Shown one piece after another: positions 14,738 to 23,495 of a stretch of DNA of 64,000 bases. The DNA is from an uncultured Candidatus Saccharibacteria bacterium (GTDB lineage: Bacteria > Patescibacteriota > Minisyncoccia > Phycocordibacterales > JACOZG01). The notes beneath the pieces were generated by a model that was not told the DNA's origin, searched no databases, and saw nothing but the letters and a program-made list of their open reading frames with translations. The translations under genes were made by a program, and so were the position numbers. Positions within the stretch are counted from its first letter, which is position 1. Every line of letters starts with the position of its first letter. Location of the stretch: NCBI GenBank assembly GCA_964361825.1, contig CAYICB010000002.1, positions 5,845-69,844 of the forward strand, read 5' to 3'.

Positions 14738-17473
14738 ATGGCGCCAAAGAAAAAAGCGAAAAAGAAGGCTTATTTGCTGGTGGAATTCCCGTACCCCTCC
14801 GGCGAGGGTTTGCATGTGGGCCATGTGCGGAGCTACACCGCGATGGATATTGTGGCCCGCAAACGGCGACTGCAAGGCGAGGAAGTGATGTTCCCGATGG
14901 GTTGGGACGCCTTTGGTTTGCCGGCCGAGAATTATGCGATTAAAACTGGTGTGAATCCGGCCATTACCACCAAAAAAAATATTGCTAACTTCAAACGGCA
15001 AATGAAGTCACTTGGACTCTCCTTCGACTGGTCGCGAGAGGTAAACACCACGGATCCAAATTATTATAAATGGACGCAGTGGCTCTTTTTGCAATTTTAC
15101 AAAAACGGCCTCGCTTACAAAGCGAAGTCAGAGATTAATTGGTGCCCGAAAGATAAAATCGGCCTAGCCAATGAAGAAGCGATTGGTGGTATTTGTGAGC
15201 GTTGCGGGACAAAAACAGAAAAGAAGGAAAAGGAGCAATGGATGCTCGCGATTACCAAATACGCCGACCAGCTCGATCGCGATCTCGACCTTGTGGATTA
15301 TCCCGAATCAGTAAAGGCGCAACAAAAAAATTGGATAGGAAAAAGTGAGGGCTGGGAGATTGGGTTCGACAATATTAAAATCTTCACCACGCGCCCCGAC
15401 ACTATTTTCGGCGCAACTTTTATCGCTGTGGCCCCAGAAGTGGCTAAGAAATTAACCGGAAAAGATTTTGGGATTAAAGTTGATAATGATCGAGAAAATA
15501 AAGAAAAACTTGGTGTTGATACTGGTTTGCGAGTGAAGAATCCCGCGAACGGGGAAATGTTACCAGTTTGGGCCGTTAATTATGTCTCGGCCGATTACGG
15601 CACCGGCGCGATTATGGGCGTGCCCGCCCACGATGAACGCGATTTCGAATTTGCCAAGAAATATAATTTGCCGATTAGGCAGGTAATTATGCCGAGCCTC
15701 ATCCATGAATCCAACCCACCATTAGAAGGAAAAGAAAACACTTTTCGCAAGGTGGTTCTCTCGATCGTATACAATCCAAAAACAAAAAAATATTTAACCC
15801 TCAAGTGGAAAAAACAACCGTGGGTCTCGTTTGTGACCGGTGGAGTGGAAGACGGAGAAAACCACGCGGAAGCAGCGGCGAGAGAAATCACAGAAGAAAC
15901 AGGGTATAAAAATGTCCGCCTCGTGCGTAGTTTTGGAATGACTGAGGCCTACTTTTTTGCCGCGCACAAAAATGTAAATCGCCGAACGAACGCTGAACAC
16001 TTCCTTTTCGAACTCGTAGATGATACTCAAGAAAAAATTTCGCCCGAAGAGCAGGAACAATATGATTTACAATGGTTATCTTTTGCCGAACTTAAGACAA
16101 TAAATTTGCAACATGCTGAAACAGCAATGCTTCTTCGGCGCATTGAAACTGGGCAAGACTTTTTCTCTGATTCGGGTCGCCTTTTCAATTCTGGTAAATT
16201 CAACGACCTAATGTCCGATGAAGCCAAAAATCAAATTGCAAAAGAGGTGGGCGCAAAGGCGGTGACAACACACAAACTCCGTGATTGGGTGTTTTCGCGA
16301 CAGCGCTACTGGGGTGAACCGATTCCGATGATTTATTGCGAAAAATGCGCCCTAAACGATTCCGTCGGGCAAGGTTGGCAACCGGTGCCGGAGAAAGATT
16401 TGCCAGTGAAATTGCCAAAGGTAGATAAGTATCAGCCGACGGATAATGGCGAATCGCCGCTCGCGAATATCAAAAAGTTTACAGAAGTGAAATGCCCCAA
16501 GTGTAAAAGCGCGGCGCGACGAGAGACCGACACCATGCCCAATTGGGCCGGCTCGAGTTGGTATTATTTGCGTTACATCGACCCAAAAAACAAAAAAGAA
16601 TTTGCGAGCAAGAAAAAACTTGAAAGCTGGCTTCCGATAGATTGGTACAATGGCGGCATGGAGCACACCACGCTCCACCTGCTCTACTCGCGCTTCTGGC
16701 ATAAGTTTTTATACGACCAAAAACTGGTTCCAACCTCCGAACCTTATACCAAACGCACTTCGCACGGCGTTATTTTGGCTCAAGATGGCGAGAAAATGAG
16801 CAAATCGCGTGGCAATGTAATTAATCCGGATGACATTGTGAAGCTTTACGGCGCCGATGCCCTGCGTCTCTACGAAATGTTTATGGGCCCCTTCGAGCAA
16901 GCGGTATCGTGGCAAACGGGGAGTATTATTGGGGTGAAGCGGTTTTTAGAGAGAGTAGAAAGAGTAAATTCAAAAGGCAAAAGGCAAAAGTCAAAAGGAC
17001 AAGGCAAAAGTCAAAAGTTGGAGATTTTACTCAACCAGTGCGCGAAGAAAGTGAGCGATGATATTGAGGCGATGCGCTTCAACACCGCCGTGAGTTCGCT
17101 AATGATTGCGCTTAATGAGCTCGAAAAAGCCGAGAAAATTCCAGCGAAGGTGTGGGAAACTTTCTTAATCTTACTTTCACCCTTTGCCCCGTTCTTAACC
17201 AAAAAACTGTTGGGTAAAAGTGCCTCGCACCGCGGAGCCTCGGCGAAGTGGTGGCCCAAATATGACCCGAGTCTGGTTGCCGAAGAAAAGAAAACGCTCT
17301 CCGTACAAATTAATGGCAAAATGCGAGGAATTCTTGAGGTTACCGGCACCGAAACCGAGGCCGAAATTATCAACCTTGCCGAGCAAGACCCCAATCTCGC
17401 CAAGTGGTTTGCCGGTAAACCCCGGAAAAAAGCCATCTACCAACCGGGTAGATTTATTAATCTGATTATTTAA
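14738..17473 (+). CDS. leuS: leucyl-tRNA synthetase with an inserted Nudix hydrolase domain
   Basis: HVGH and KMSKS class I motifs; TTRPDT and GVDTG (CP1) motifs; anticodon-binding C-terminus. A ~150-aa insert after EFAKKYNLPIRQVI carries a perfect Nudix box GGVEDGENHAEAAAREITEETGY. Confidence 0.95.
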   Translation: MAPKKKAKKKAYLLVEFPYPSGEGLHVGHVRSYTAMDIVARKRRLQGEEVMFPMGWDAFGLPAENYAIKTGVNPAITTKKNIANFKRQMKSLGLSFDWSREVNTTDPNYYKWTQWLFLQFYKNGLAYKAKSEINWCPKDKIGLANEEAIGGICERCGTKTEKKEKEQWMLAITKYADQLDRDLDLVDYPESVKAQQKNWIGKSEGWEIGFDNIKIFTTRPDTIFGATFIAVAPEVAKKLTGKDFGIKVDNDRENKEKLGVDTGLRVKNPANGEMLPVWAVNYVSADYGTGAIMGVPAHDERDFEFAKKYNLPIRQVIMPSLIHESNPPLEGKENTFRKVVLSIVYNPKTKKYLTLKWKKQPWVSFVTGGVEDGENHAEAAAREITEETGYKNVRLVRSFGMTEAYFFAAHKNVNRRTNAEHFLFELVDDTQEKISPEEQEQYDLQWLSFAELKTINLQHAETAMLLRRIETGQDFFSDSGRLFNSGKFNDLMSDEAKNQIAKEVGAKAVTTHKLRDWVFSRQRYWGEPIPMIYCEKCALNDSVGQGWQPVPEKDLPVKLPKVDKYQPTDNGESPLANIKKFTEVKCPKCKSAARRETDTMPNWAGSSWYYLRYIDPKNKKEFASKKKLESWLPIDWYNGGMEHTTLHLLYSRFWHKFLYDQKLVPTSEPYTKRTSHGVILAQDGEKMSKSRGNVINPDDIVKLYGADALRLYEMFMGPFEQAVSWQTGSIIGVKRFLERVERVNSKGKRQKSKGQGKSQKLEILLNQCAKKVSDDIEAMRFNTAVSSLMIALNELEKAEKIPAKVWETFLILLSPFAPFLTKKLLGKSASHRGASAKWWPKYDPSLVAEEKKTLSVQINGKMRGILEVTGTETEAEIINLAEQDPNLAKWFAGKPRKKAIYQPGRFINLII
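16970..17018. repeat. tandem 14-nt unit GGCAAAAGTCAAAA (about 3 copies) inside leuS, in frame
   Basis: Encodes the KGKRQKSKGQGKSQK low-complexity insert. Related copies at 10332-10349 (reverse complement, intergenic) and 41919-41949 (inside fmt). Confidence 0.55.
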
Positions 17474-17529
17474 TTTGTAGCAGATAAGAACGATCGTTCG
17501 AATCTGTTGCAAATTCAAAAAACAAAAAA

Positions 17530-17575
17530 ATAGCCGTCAGTTGGAATTGCTTCCAACTGACCGGTTTTTGTTGTT
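17530..17575. terminator. bidirectional rho-independent terminator (CAGTTGGAA-ttgc-TTCCAACTG flanked by A-run and T-run)
   Basis: Perfect 9-bp stem lying between the convergent leuS and Clp_N genes. Confidence 0.7.
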
Positions 17576-17592
17576 TCGAAAAACACCCGAGT

Positions 17593-18213
17593 TTACTCAA
17601 TAGAGGATCTGATAGCCTCTATTACCCGCTCTTTAATGGGGGCAAAGTCTGGTCGCCTGATCGTGTAACGAAGATCTCCAATGCGCACCTTTTGGGCCAA
17701 AACCACCACCAAAGCCAGTAGTTTTTCCTCTGTTTCTGTTGGGGCTGGTGGTGTTTGAACGGCATCACTCTCATCCTTCGGGTCAACCGTCCGCAACACT
17801 TCTTTGCGCACCTTCTTAAGATTGAGTCCCGAGGCAATCAAAACTTGCGCCGCGATGCCATCCTGCTCACGAAGCAGACCGAGCAATAAATGTTCACTGC
17901 CCACCCAACCATGATTCAGATTACGCGCTTCCTCAATGGTGTACTCGATGACCTTTTTGGCTCGCGGCGTCTTCGGCAGATTGCCCATAGTGACCATTTC
18001 GGGCCCACTTTTGATCAGTTTCTCCACCTCTATGCGGACCTTGCGCAGGTCGACATCGAGGTTCTTGAGAACATCGGCGCCAACACCAGACCCTTCCTTC
18101 ACCAAACCAAGCAGGATGTGTTCGGTGCCAAGGTACTCGTGATTGAATCGCTGAGCCTCCTGATTGGCCAAATGCATAATTTTTCTTGCACGATCGGTAA
18201 ATCCTTCATACAT
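17593..18213 (-). CDS. Clp N-terminal (Clp_N repeat) domain protein, no ATPase module
   Basis: Two Clp_N repeats (FTDRARKIMHLANQEAQRFNHEYLGTEHILLGL; AKKVIEYTIEEARNLNHGWVGSEHLLLGLL). Probable start at MYEGF. Confidence 0.7.
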   Translation of the reverse strand: MYEGFTDRARKIMHLANQEAQRFNHEYLGTEHILLGLVKEGSGVGADVLKNLDVDLRKVRIEVEKLIKSGPEMVTMGNLPKTPRAKKVIEYTIEEARNLNHGWVGSEHLLLGLLREQDGIAAQVLIASGLNLKKVRKEVLRTVDPKDESDAVQTPPAPTETEEKLLALVVVLAQKVRIGDLRYTIRRPDFAPIKERVIEAIRSSIE

Positions 18214-18409
18214 CTTTTCACCCCTTTCGGTGTTCGGTATCAAAGAACAAAGGTTAATTATCAAGCGGTCACGCGCCGTTTGTCCTTGCCAAAGTCCAAA
18301 CTACCGCTAAGATGGAAGTTAGTCAAATTGGGTGGTTTTAAACAGGTTTAGTTGACGGGAATAGGGTTAAATGATAGAAATAGGTAATAAATTAGATTAT
18401 TAGTAAAAT

Positions 18410-19441
18410 ATGGCTAAAATTATGATTAACTTTAAGCCTAAGGATGCCCTTAAAACCCTGCTTTCTGGGTTGCCGGAGCGTTCCCAAGACATTATTCGCC
18501 GGCGTTACGGGCTTAATGAGTCTGATGCCCTAACCCTTGAGGCTATTGGCCAAAGCTACGGTATTACTCGCGAGCGGGTACGCCAGATCGAAGAGGCCAC
18601 GCTCAAACTGATCAAAAAGTCAGACGCTTTTGCTGGTCTGGAACACGCCTTCGAAGAGCTCAAAACCGCCCTAGAGGATTACGGCGGAATTGCTCATGAG
18701 GCCGATTTTTTGCGCCATCTCCACGAGCATCCAGTCACTCAAAATCAAATTAACTTCTTTTTAGTCTTGGGCGACCACTTTACCAAACTCAAGGAGGACG
18801 ATGATTTTCATCATCGTTGGACGGTTAATACCGATCTAGCTAACCGTGTTCACGGAGCAATCAATAAATTAGTTAAGGAGTTATCTGAAGATGAACTTTT
18901 GGCCGAAGAGGAGCTAATCTCTCGTTTAATTAAGAAGTTAGAGGCTGATCATAAAGATGAGCTGGTTCGTGAGCGCGGCAAACGCTGGCTCTTAATCTCC
19001 AAGCGTCTTGGCGTTAACCCAGTTGGCGAGTGGGGATTAGCTCATTCTCCCAATATTAAGCTCCGCGGTATCCGCGATTACGCTTTTCTCGTTTTGCGCC
19101 GTCACGGTTCGCCACTTCACTTTACCGAAGTAGCCAAAGCGATCGAAAACACCTTCAAGCATCGGGCTAATCCCGCTACTTGTCACAATGAATTAATTAA
19201 AGACGGCCGTTTTGTACTCGTGGGTCGCGGTTTGTACGCCTTAACCGAATGGGGCTACTCTCGTGGCGTGGTGCGCGATGTGATCCGCGCCATGATCGAA
19301 AAGCACGGTCCGCTCTCGGAACAAGAAATTCTCGATCGGGTGCTTAAGGAGCGCTATGTGAAAGAAAACACCGTTCTAGTTAATCTACGAAATTCTCCCA
19401 ACTTCAAAAAGGATTCTAGCGGCAAATACACTGCCAATTAA
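18410..19441 (+). CDS. sigma-70 region-4-like HTH protein with a C-terminal HARE-HTH domain
   Basis: N-terminus: LPERSQDIIRRRYGL..TLEAIGQSYGITRERVRQIEEATLKL (sigma region 4). C-terminal part: PLHFTEVAKAIE....VLVGRGLYALTEWGY, matching the HARE-HTH domain of the RNAP delta subunit. Confidence 0.55.
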   Translation: MAKIMINFKPKDALKTLLSGLPERSQDIIRRRYGLNESDALTLEAIGQSYGITRERVRQIEEATLKLIKKSDAFAGLEHAFEELKTALEDYGGIAHEADFLRHLHEHPVTQNQINFFLVLGDHFTKLKEDDDFHHRWTVNTDLANRVHGAINKLVKELSEDELLAEEELISRLIKKLEADHKDELVRERGKRWLLISKRLGVNPVGEWGLAHSPNIKLRGIRDYAFLVLRRHGSPLHFTEVAKAIENTFKHRANPATCHNELIKDGRFVLVGRGLYALTEWGYSRGVVRDVIRAMIEKHGPLSEQEILDRVLKERYVKENTVLVNLRNSPNFKKDSSGKYTAN

Positions 19442-19472
19442 ACTCTGGCTTGGTTTCTGTTATTATTAAAGG

Positions 19473-20678
19473 GTGATTATTGTTGACCTAATTTGGCAGT
19501 CAGCTATTTTGTGGCTACCGCTTGGTCTTGGTATTCTCGCGTATCATCTTTGGTACGATTACAAACAAGCGGAATACAATAAAAAAACGCCGTGGGTAAT
19601 GTTTGAAATTAAATTACCCAAAATAATTGATAAATACCCATCTTCTATGGAGGTGGTGTTGGGCATTTTCGAACAAAAATACGCCGGTAATTGGTGGTCG
19701 CAATTCTGGCAAGGCCTTGTGCGCGGCTGGTTCTCTCTCGAGCTTGTGTCTTTGGGTGGGGATGTGCGCTTTTATATCCGGGCGCCAAAATTTTTCAAAA
19801 AATTAATTGAAGGTCAAATTTATTCCCAATATCCTGAAGTTGAGGTGCGCGAGGTTGAGGATTATACCAACAAGGTGCGTTATGGTGAGCCCGGCAGTGA
19901 TTTGGCGCTTTGGGGGCAAGAAATCGTTTTATCAAAAGAAGACGCTTATCCCATAAAAACTTATGTGGATTATCATCTCACTGAAGCCGACTCGCTCAAA
20001 GAAGAGTTTAAGGTGGATCCGATGACCCCGCTCTTAGAATTGCTGGGTTCGATTGGGCCACATGAGCAAATTTGGATTCAGATTCTGATTCAAGCCACCA
20101 AAGATCGGTTCAAGGATCCTAAAAAATGGTTTGGTAAACGCGGTTGGAAGGATGAGGGTAAAGATTTGATTAGAAAACTAATGAAGCGGGACGAGAAGCC
20201 CAAAGAAGGCGAGTCGTTAAAGATTGAGGTTTTGTCGCCGGGTGAAAGGGAAACCGTAACGGCCATTGAACGCAATATCGCTAAAATCGGTTTTGATACT
20301 GGTATACGAATGATCTATTTAGCACCAAAAGATAAATTTAATGTTTATAATACCGTTGGCTTACTTAGTTCTTGGAAGCAATTTGGGTCAGCTAACCTTA
20401 ATGGCTTTAAGCCGGGTTCTGGTGGGAAGCAAAAAACCGGAGTGGACTTCCCGTGGCAAGATTTTAGGGGCATCCGCGTGGAGCGTCGCAAAAGAAGAAT
20501 TTTTGACGCTTATCTCCGTCGAGCTTATTTTTATAAACCTCACTTGCGCACGCCGTTTGTTTTAAGCACCGAAGAATTGGCCACCATTTATCACTTCCCT
20601 GGCGCCGTGGCGCGCACGCCCACTCTCGAGAAGATCGAATCCAAGAAAGGCGAGTCGCCCACCAATTTGCCAATCTAA
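19473..20678 (+). CDS. hypothetical membrane-anchored protein
   Basis: N-terminal TM helix, 401 aa, no recognisable motif. Confidence 0.4.
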   Translation: MIIVDLIWQSAILWLPLGLGILAYHLWYDYKQAEYNKKTPWVMFEIKLPKIIDKYPSSMEVVLGIFEQKYAGNWWSQFWQGLVRGWFSLELVSLGGDVRFYIRAPKFFKKLIEGQIYSQYPEVEVREVEDYTNKVRYGEPGSDLALWGQEIVLSKEDAYPIKTYVDYHLTEADSLKEEFKVDPMTPLLELLGSIGPHEQIWIQILIQATKDRFKDPKKWFGKRGWKDEGKDLIRKLMKRDEKPKEGESLKIEVLSPGERETVTAIERNIAKIGFDTGIRMIYLAPKDKFNVYNTVGLLSSWKQFGSANLNGFKPGSGGKQKTGVDFPWQDFRGIRVERRKRRIFDAYLRRAYFYKPHLRTPFVLSTEELATIYHFPGAVARTPTLEKIESKKGESPTNLPI

Positions 20679-20682
20679 AACC

Positions 20683-21624
20683 ATGTCGCGCCGCACCATC
20701 TTTTATTTCTCCCTCCCTTTTATTTTAACCGCCGTTTTGTGGTTCACCCTGCGCGCTCCGAGCGCTTTCCCCGTGGGAGAAACTATCAAAATCCCCAAAG
20801 GGATTACCTTAAGTGAGGCGGGCGAAAAATTAAAGGAAAATAACATTATTGGGCGCGATTTTATTTTTAAAGTCTTGGTGTGGTTACAATCGCCGCGCGC
20901 TGGCGTAATTGCCGGTGATTATCTTTTTACCACGCGCACCAATCTGTGGAGCGTCGCCAAGCGCTTGGCGCGCGGCGACTTCGGCATCGAGTACCGGCGG
21001 GTCACAATTCCAGAAGGCGCCACGGCGATCGAAGCGGGTTTACTCATCACCAAAGCGATTCCTAAATTTGACCGCAAAACCTTCAATCAACTAATCAAAG
21101 ATTCGGAGGGTTACTTGTTCCCCGACACCTACTTTTTCTCACCAGCCATTACGCCAGCCGAAGCCTTTGCCACCATGCGCGGCAATTTCGAAGAAAAAAC
21201 CAATGGGTTAGCACCACTCATTGTTCGCTCTGGCCACAGTTTAGAAGAAATCATTATTATGGCCTCACTTTTGGAAGAAGAAGCCAAAAACCCCGAGCAA
21301 CGCCGCGTGATCTCTGGGATTCTTTGGCGAAGAATTGCGGAGGAAATGCCCTTACAAGTAGATGCTGTTTTCCCTTATATTATTGGGAGAAACACCTTCC
21401 AACTCACTCGCGCCGATTTGGCTACCGATTCTCCTTATAACACTTACAAATACGCCGGTTTACCCGCCGGGCCAATCTCTAATCCCGGACTTGATGCCAT
21501 TATTGCCGCCCTAGAACCAATCGAAAGCGACTATTTATTTTACTTATCCGATCTTTCCGGTAAGATGCATTATGCGGCCAATTTTGACGATCATGTGGCC
21601 AACAAAAGAAAATATTTGCGCTAA
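20683..21624 (+). CDS. mltG: endolytic murein transglycosylase MltG (YceG-like)
   Basis: N-terminal TM helix, YceG core, C-terminal motif YNTYKYAGLPAGPISNPG. Confidence 0.85.
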   Translation: MSRRTIFYFSLPFILTAVLWFTLRAPSAFPVGETIKIPKGITLSEAGEKLKENNIIGRDFIFKVLVWLQSPRAGVIAGDYLFTTRTNLWSVAKRLARGDFGIEYRRVTIPEGATAIEAGLLITKAIPKFDRKTFNQLIKDSEGYLFPDTYFFSPAITPAEAFATMRGNFEEKTNGLAPLIVRSGHSLEEIIIMASLLEEEAKNPEQRRVISGILWRRIAEEMPLQVDAVFPYIIGRNTFQLTRADLATDSPYNTYKYAGLPAGPISNPGLDAIIAALEPIESDYLFYLSDLSGKMHYAANFDDHVANKRKYLR

Positions 21625-21627
21625 TTT

Positions 21628-22179
21628 ATGAAAAGACACAACTTGGCTTTCATTGACCTTGAGACCACCGGTCTCGATCCAGAAAAACACGAAATTATTG
21701 AGTTAGCCTGCTTGCTGGCAAAACAAATACCCAATCCGGGCAAGGGACCAAAACTTGAATTGATTGAAGAGTTCGAATTTAAAATTAAACCGAAACACCT
21801 TGAAACCGCCGAACAAATGGCCTTAAACAAAAATGGCTACAATGACGCCGACTGGCTCTTTGCCGCCGATTTGGAACAAGTGCTCAAAACTCTGTCCGAT
21901 AAAGCCGTTGGTGCTTCGATGGTGGCACACAATGTAACCTTTGATTGGAATTTTTTGAACAAAGCTTTTAGCACCACAGGTATTCCAAACAAAATGCATT
22001 ATCATCGCATCGATACCATGTCGATGGCTTTTACCAAACTCTATCACGATGACAGAGCGCAAGCCTTTAGTCTTGGGGCCCTCGCTGACTTTTTTGGTCT
22101 CAAAAACGATCGTGCTCACACCGCTCTCGCCGATATTCGCACCACCTTCGAACTCTACAAAAAACTCCTCGGGGTTTAA
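21628..22179 (+). CDS. DEDDh 3'-5' exonuclease (DnaQ/epsilon-like)
   Basis: Exo I FIDLETTGLDP, Exo II HNVTFDWNFL, Exo III HTALADIRTT. Confidence 0.8.
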   Translation: MKRHNLAFIDLETTGLDPEKHEIIELACLLAKQIPNPGKGPKLELIEEFEFKIKPKHLETAEQMALNKNGYNDADWLFAADLEQVLKTLSDKAVGASMVAHNVTFDWNFLNKAFSTTGIPNKMHYHRIDTMSMAFTKLYHDDRAQAFSLGALADFFGLKNDRAHTALADIRTTFELYKKLLGV

Positions 22180-22950
22180 TTACTCCAACCACAGGAGGGC
22201 CAGCATTAGAAAAATGCCGAGCAGGAGAGCAAGAAATTGGATTAAAGAACGACGCGGTTCAGTGGTTTTGTGGAGTTCGGGCACCAAATCAGAACCGGCG
22301 AGGTAAAGAAAGCCGCCAGCGGTAAAGGCCAACAAAAGCGGCGTGAGAGACTCTACCCTCGAGGCAAAAAACAGAGCAATCACTGTTCCCAAAATAGCCA
22401 AGACCGCCGAGAGAAAGTTGAAAAACAAGGCTTGACCTTTGCTAAAACCGGCGTGCAACAAAATGCCAAAATCGCCAATTTCTTGCGGAATCTCGTGAAG
22501 AATCACCGCCAAGGTGGTGGCGAGCCCCACCTCAATTCCAGCCAAAAAGCTTACACCAATAATTAAACCGTCAATAAGATTGTGGAGCCCATCAGACACC
22601 AAATTGAGGTAGCCGAGTGGCTTAATAGTGGGGTGATGATGATCGGCTTCTAAACACTCATCGAGTTCATGCGAATGCGTCCAGTGCAAAAATTTTTCTA
22701 AGGCAAAAAACAGTAAAATTCCCGCCAAAATTGCCAAAGAAAGTTTAGCTGGGTCAACCGATGATTCAAAAATTTCTGGTAAAAGATGTAAAGCCACATC
22801 GCCAAAAAGAGCGCCGGTAGCAAGAGCCACCAAAAAGAAGATGGCTCTTTTTAGGCGGTTGGTATTTACCGCCAACACCAAAACCCCAATCAAAGAAATT
22901 AAACTAACCAAAAAAACTCCACCAAAAGCATAAAAATAATTAACAGGCAT
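22180..22950 (-). CDS. zupT: ZIP-family divalent metal transporter (ZupT-like)
   Basis: HEIPQEIGDFGILL signature and multiple TM helices. Confidence 0.85.
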   Translation of the reverse strand: MPVNYFYAFGGVFLVSLISLIGVLVLAVNTNRLKRAIFFLVALATGALFGDVALHLLPEIFESSVDPAKLSLAILAGILLFFALEKFLHWTHSHELDECLEADHHHPTIKPLGYLNLVSDGLHNLIDGLIIGVSFLAGIEVGLATTLAVILHEIPQEIGDFGILLHAGFSKGQALFFNFLSAVLAILGTVIALFFASRVESLTPLLLAFTAGGFLYLAGSDLVPELHKTTEPRRSLIQFLALLLGIFLMLALLWLE

Positions 22951-22953
22951 GAT

Positions 22954-23466
22954 TTAAATTTTAAAATTTTGACCCAAACGCCCAACTAAAATACCAACCA
23001 AGATTGCCAAGCCACCGAGCAAAGCCATACGCCACGCTTGATGAAAAGAATGGAGACCCGCCAACCTTGAGCCAAGCCAACCGAGCAAAAAGAGCGCAAT
23101 CAAAGAAAGGATAACCGAAACCCGAAAAGCCAAACTTACCGGCAAAAGCAAATAGGGCAAAAGAGGAATTAAACCAGAAATTAAGTAAGAAAAAAACATA
23201 ATCAAACCATCGGTGGTAGCGCCACGCGGGGTGACTTCTCGTCCTTTAAGATAATCGGCGGCCGAGGCTTCGGAGAGAAAACTGCCGACCGCCATCGAGA
23301 AAGCCTCCACTACAATCAAAATTAAGCCGGTCAAAAAAATGGCTCGAGAAGCGAGCCCGGCCAAAGCAATTCCCGAAAGCAGGCCGACAGTAGAAACTAA
23401 ACTATCTTCAACACCAAACACAAAATTACGCAAATAAGCCGCCCGCTCCAAACTTGGCTTAAACAT
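22954..23466 (-). CDS. VIT1/CCC1-family iron/manganese transporter
   Basis: FGVEDSLVSTVGLLSG motif; five TM helices. Confidence 0.7.
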   Translation of the reverse strand: MFKPSLERAAYLRNFVFGVEDSLVSTVGLLSGIALAGLASRAIFLTGLILIVVEAFSMAVGSFLSEASAADYLKGREVTPRGATTDGLIMFFSYLISGLIPLLPYLLLPVSLAFRVSVILSLIALFLLGWLGSRLAGLHSFHQAWRMALLGGLAILVGILVGRLGQNFKI

Positions 23467-23495
23467 TAAACAAATGTTAGCATGAAAAAAAACCG

